Part shown: in pieces, positions 62,526 through 64,000 of the stretch
Layout of the letters: every line of letters begins with the position of its first letter
Numbering within the stretch: the first letter of the stretch is position 1
From: an uncultured cyanobacterium
GTDB taxonomy: Bacteria > Cyanobacteriota > Cyanobacteriia > Cyanobacteriales > CAWUOF01
DNA: 64,000 nt
Assembly: GCA_963744145.1 (NCBI GenBank)
Contig: CAVUSO010000001.1
Span: forward strand, 2,432,001 to 2,496,000
Reading direction: 5' to 3'
Made by a program: the position numbers and the translations under genes
The notes under the pieces: generated by a model
Seen by the model: only the letters and a program-made list of their open reading frames with translations
Told to the model about the DNA's origin: nothing
Databases searched by the model: none

Positions 62526-63065
62526 TTATTTTTTATTCAGCCATTCTTTTACTCTTGTTACTGCTGTGGTTGTTGTCACTTTCCCTGCAACTGTACCATC
62601 AAAAACTACTGCTGGTGCAATTCCACAAGCACCAATACACCGAGCTGTTACTAGGGAAACTTGACCATCTGGAGTCGTTTCACCTTGATGGATTCCTGTT
62701 GCTTGTTCGAGTTGGGTGATGATCTGATCTGCACCTTTAACATAACAAGCTGTTCCTAAACAAATTACACAGGTATGAGCACCTGATGGTTTGAGGGAAA
62801 AAAGATGATAAAAGGTCGCAACTCCATAAACTTTACTTAGTGGGAGTTTTAGACCTCTTGCTACATATAGCAATACATCTTCTTCTAGGTAGCCAAATGC
62901 TTCTTGTGCTTTATGTAGCACTTCAATTAAGGCATCTTGACGGTATTGATTTCGCTTCATGGTCATATCTAGTGTTTTGAAGCGTTTATCACCGCTCTGG
63001 TGCCCCTTGGACGACCCTTCTGTTGCTTTTGTCTCGATTTTGGGATTTGCAGTGGAAGATTGCAT
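62526..63065 (-). CDS. hoxE: Diaphorase 2Fe-2S subunit
   Basis: [19 protein letters not shown]. Confidence 0.96.
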   Translation of the reverse strand: MQSSTANPKIETKATEGSSKGHQSGDKRFKTLDMTMKRNQYRQDALIEVLHKAQEAFGYLEEDVLLYVARGLKLPLSKVYGVATFYHLFSLKPSGAHTCVICLGTACYVKGADQIITQLEQATGIHQGETTPDGQVSLVTARCIGACGIAPAVVFDGTVAGKVTTTTAVTRVKEWLNKK

Positions 63066-63707
63066 ATTTATAGTCCTTACTGTTCAATCCGACTAACTGG
63101 GCCTTAATTGCTGATGATCTCAGGACAATTTTATTACCCTCCAAATTCCTTATTCATGCAATTTCAGGCTTTTGATTGATCACTTTGCATCTGTTTGATA
63201 ATTTACCATAATCTAGCTTTTTTTTGTACCTTTTTTAGGATAACTTGTTTGGTATCCTTTTTATTCTCAAAAAATCCCAGATTTTACCAATTGTAAATAT
63301 TGTTTAAAATCCTGTCACTCCCTGAGTAAAGCAACTTTTTTATTGTTAAAAGAGGGAATTTTATTAATAAAAACTTAATAATCAAAATAACCTAATTTTG
63401 CTATGATGCCTTTTGGTAGTGTAGAGAAAGAAAAGAAACTAACAGGCCAATTTTTGGCATTCCAGCTAGAAAATAGATGCAAAACTAAATCAGTTTTGTC
63501 AAGACTTTCATTGGCGATCGCAGCTAGGGATAGCGAATCGTCAATGAAAAATTTCTGATTGGCTAGTTATATATTAAAAAAGCAAACAATAGTGGTGAGA
63601 GAAAATAGAAAGCATGAGTAGTGGATGTAATAAGTATGTCCCTACATCACTTAAAAAATTATGAATATATAAGATATATTGGTGCAGCTAGATGTAAACT
63701 ATACCTA

Positions 63708-64000
63708 GAGAGAGTAGGCGCAGGTAGTTGCGGACTAACTCCTCTTTTAGGAGTAAGTCTGAGGAAAGTCCGGGCTCCCGAAAGACCAAACTTGCTGGGT
63801 AACGCCCAGTGCGGGTGACCGTGAGGAAAGTGCCACAGAAACATACCGCCCCGAGGATTTTTCCTGGAAAATGATTGGGGTAAGGGTGCAAAGGTGCGGT
63901 AAGAGCGCACCAGCAGCATCGAGAGGTGCTGGCTCGGTAAACCCCGGTGGGGAGCAAGGTCGAAGGAACTAGGGTTGGTCTTTTACCAGTTCTGCTCGTA
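63708..64000 (+). ncRNA. rnpB: RNase P RNA (type A), 3'-truncated by the window edge
   Basis: GAGGAAAGTCCGGGCT, AGTGCCACAGAAA, GGTAAACCCC conserved elements. Confidence 0.97.

Noticed and set aside
63621..63957. Three ORFs of 65-89 aa
   Set aside because: They overlap the RNase P RNA gene; shadow ORFs.

Overview
Cyanobacterial chromosome segment (HIP1 octamer GCGATCGC is very frequent; AT-rich; probably a filamentous taxon). Left to right: the 3' part of a TnpB-encoding IS element inserted into a LysR gene. Next, an ~8.7 kb accessory block flanked by a duplicated gene 3' end that terminates at a HIP1 site; it carries an XamI-like R-M pair with an internally deleted REase, intact and decayed toxin-antitoxin genes, nested repeats and an orphan ABC/lipoprotein operon. 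Then a cNMP/degenerate AAA+/4Fe-4S membrane protein and a metal-homeostasis cluster (Zn/Mn ABC with a nonsense codon in the ATPase, cbiMNQO under a cobalamin riboswitch, a GDT1/TMEM165 Mn exporter under a yybP-ykoY riboswitch). Further on: a J-domain protein, a PAS kinase, an uncharacterised HsdR-N nuclease-ParA fusion paired with a ParB-like/HhH protein, kdpABGCD, two Ser/Thr kinases (one with pilin-like and TPR-like domains), hcp, psb34 with HLR1 promoters, and EF-G2. The right end holds a broken GUN4-domain array next to a GC-rich TNT NADase/immunity pair, hoxEFUYH and the 5' part of rnpB. The best candidates for undescribed biology are the nuclease-ParA/ParB-HhH module, the HIP1-bounded integrase-free island with HIP1-targeting 21-24 nt insertions, and the secreted TNT/immunity pair beside the GUN4 array. 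All calls are from motif recognition by eye; no database searches were run.
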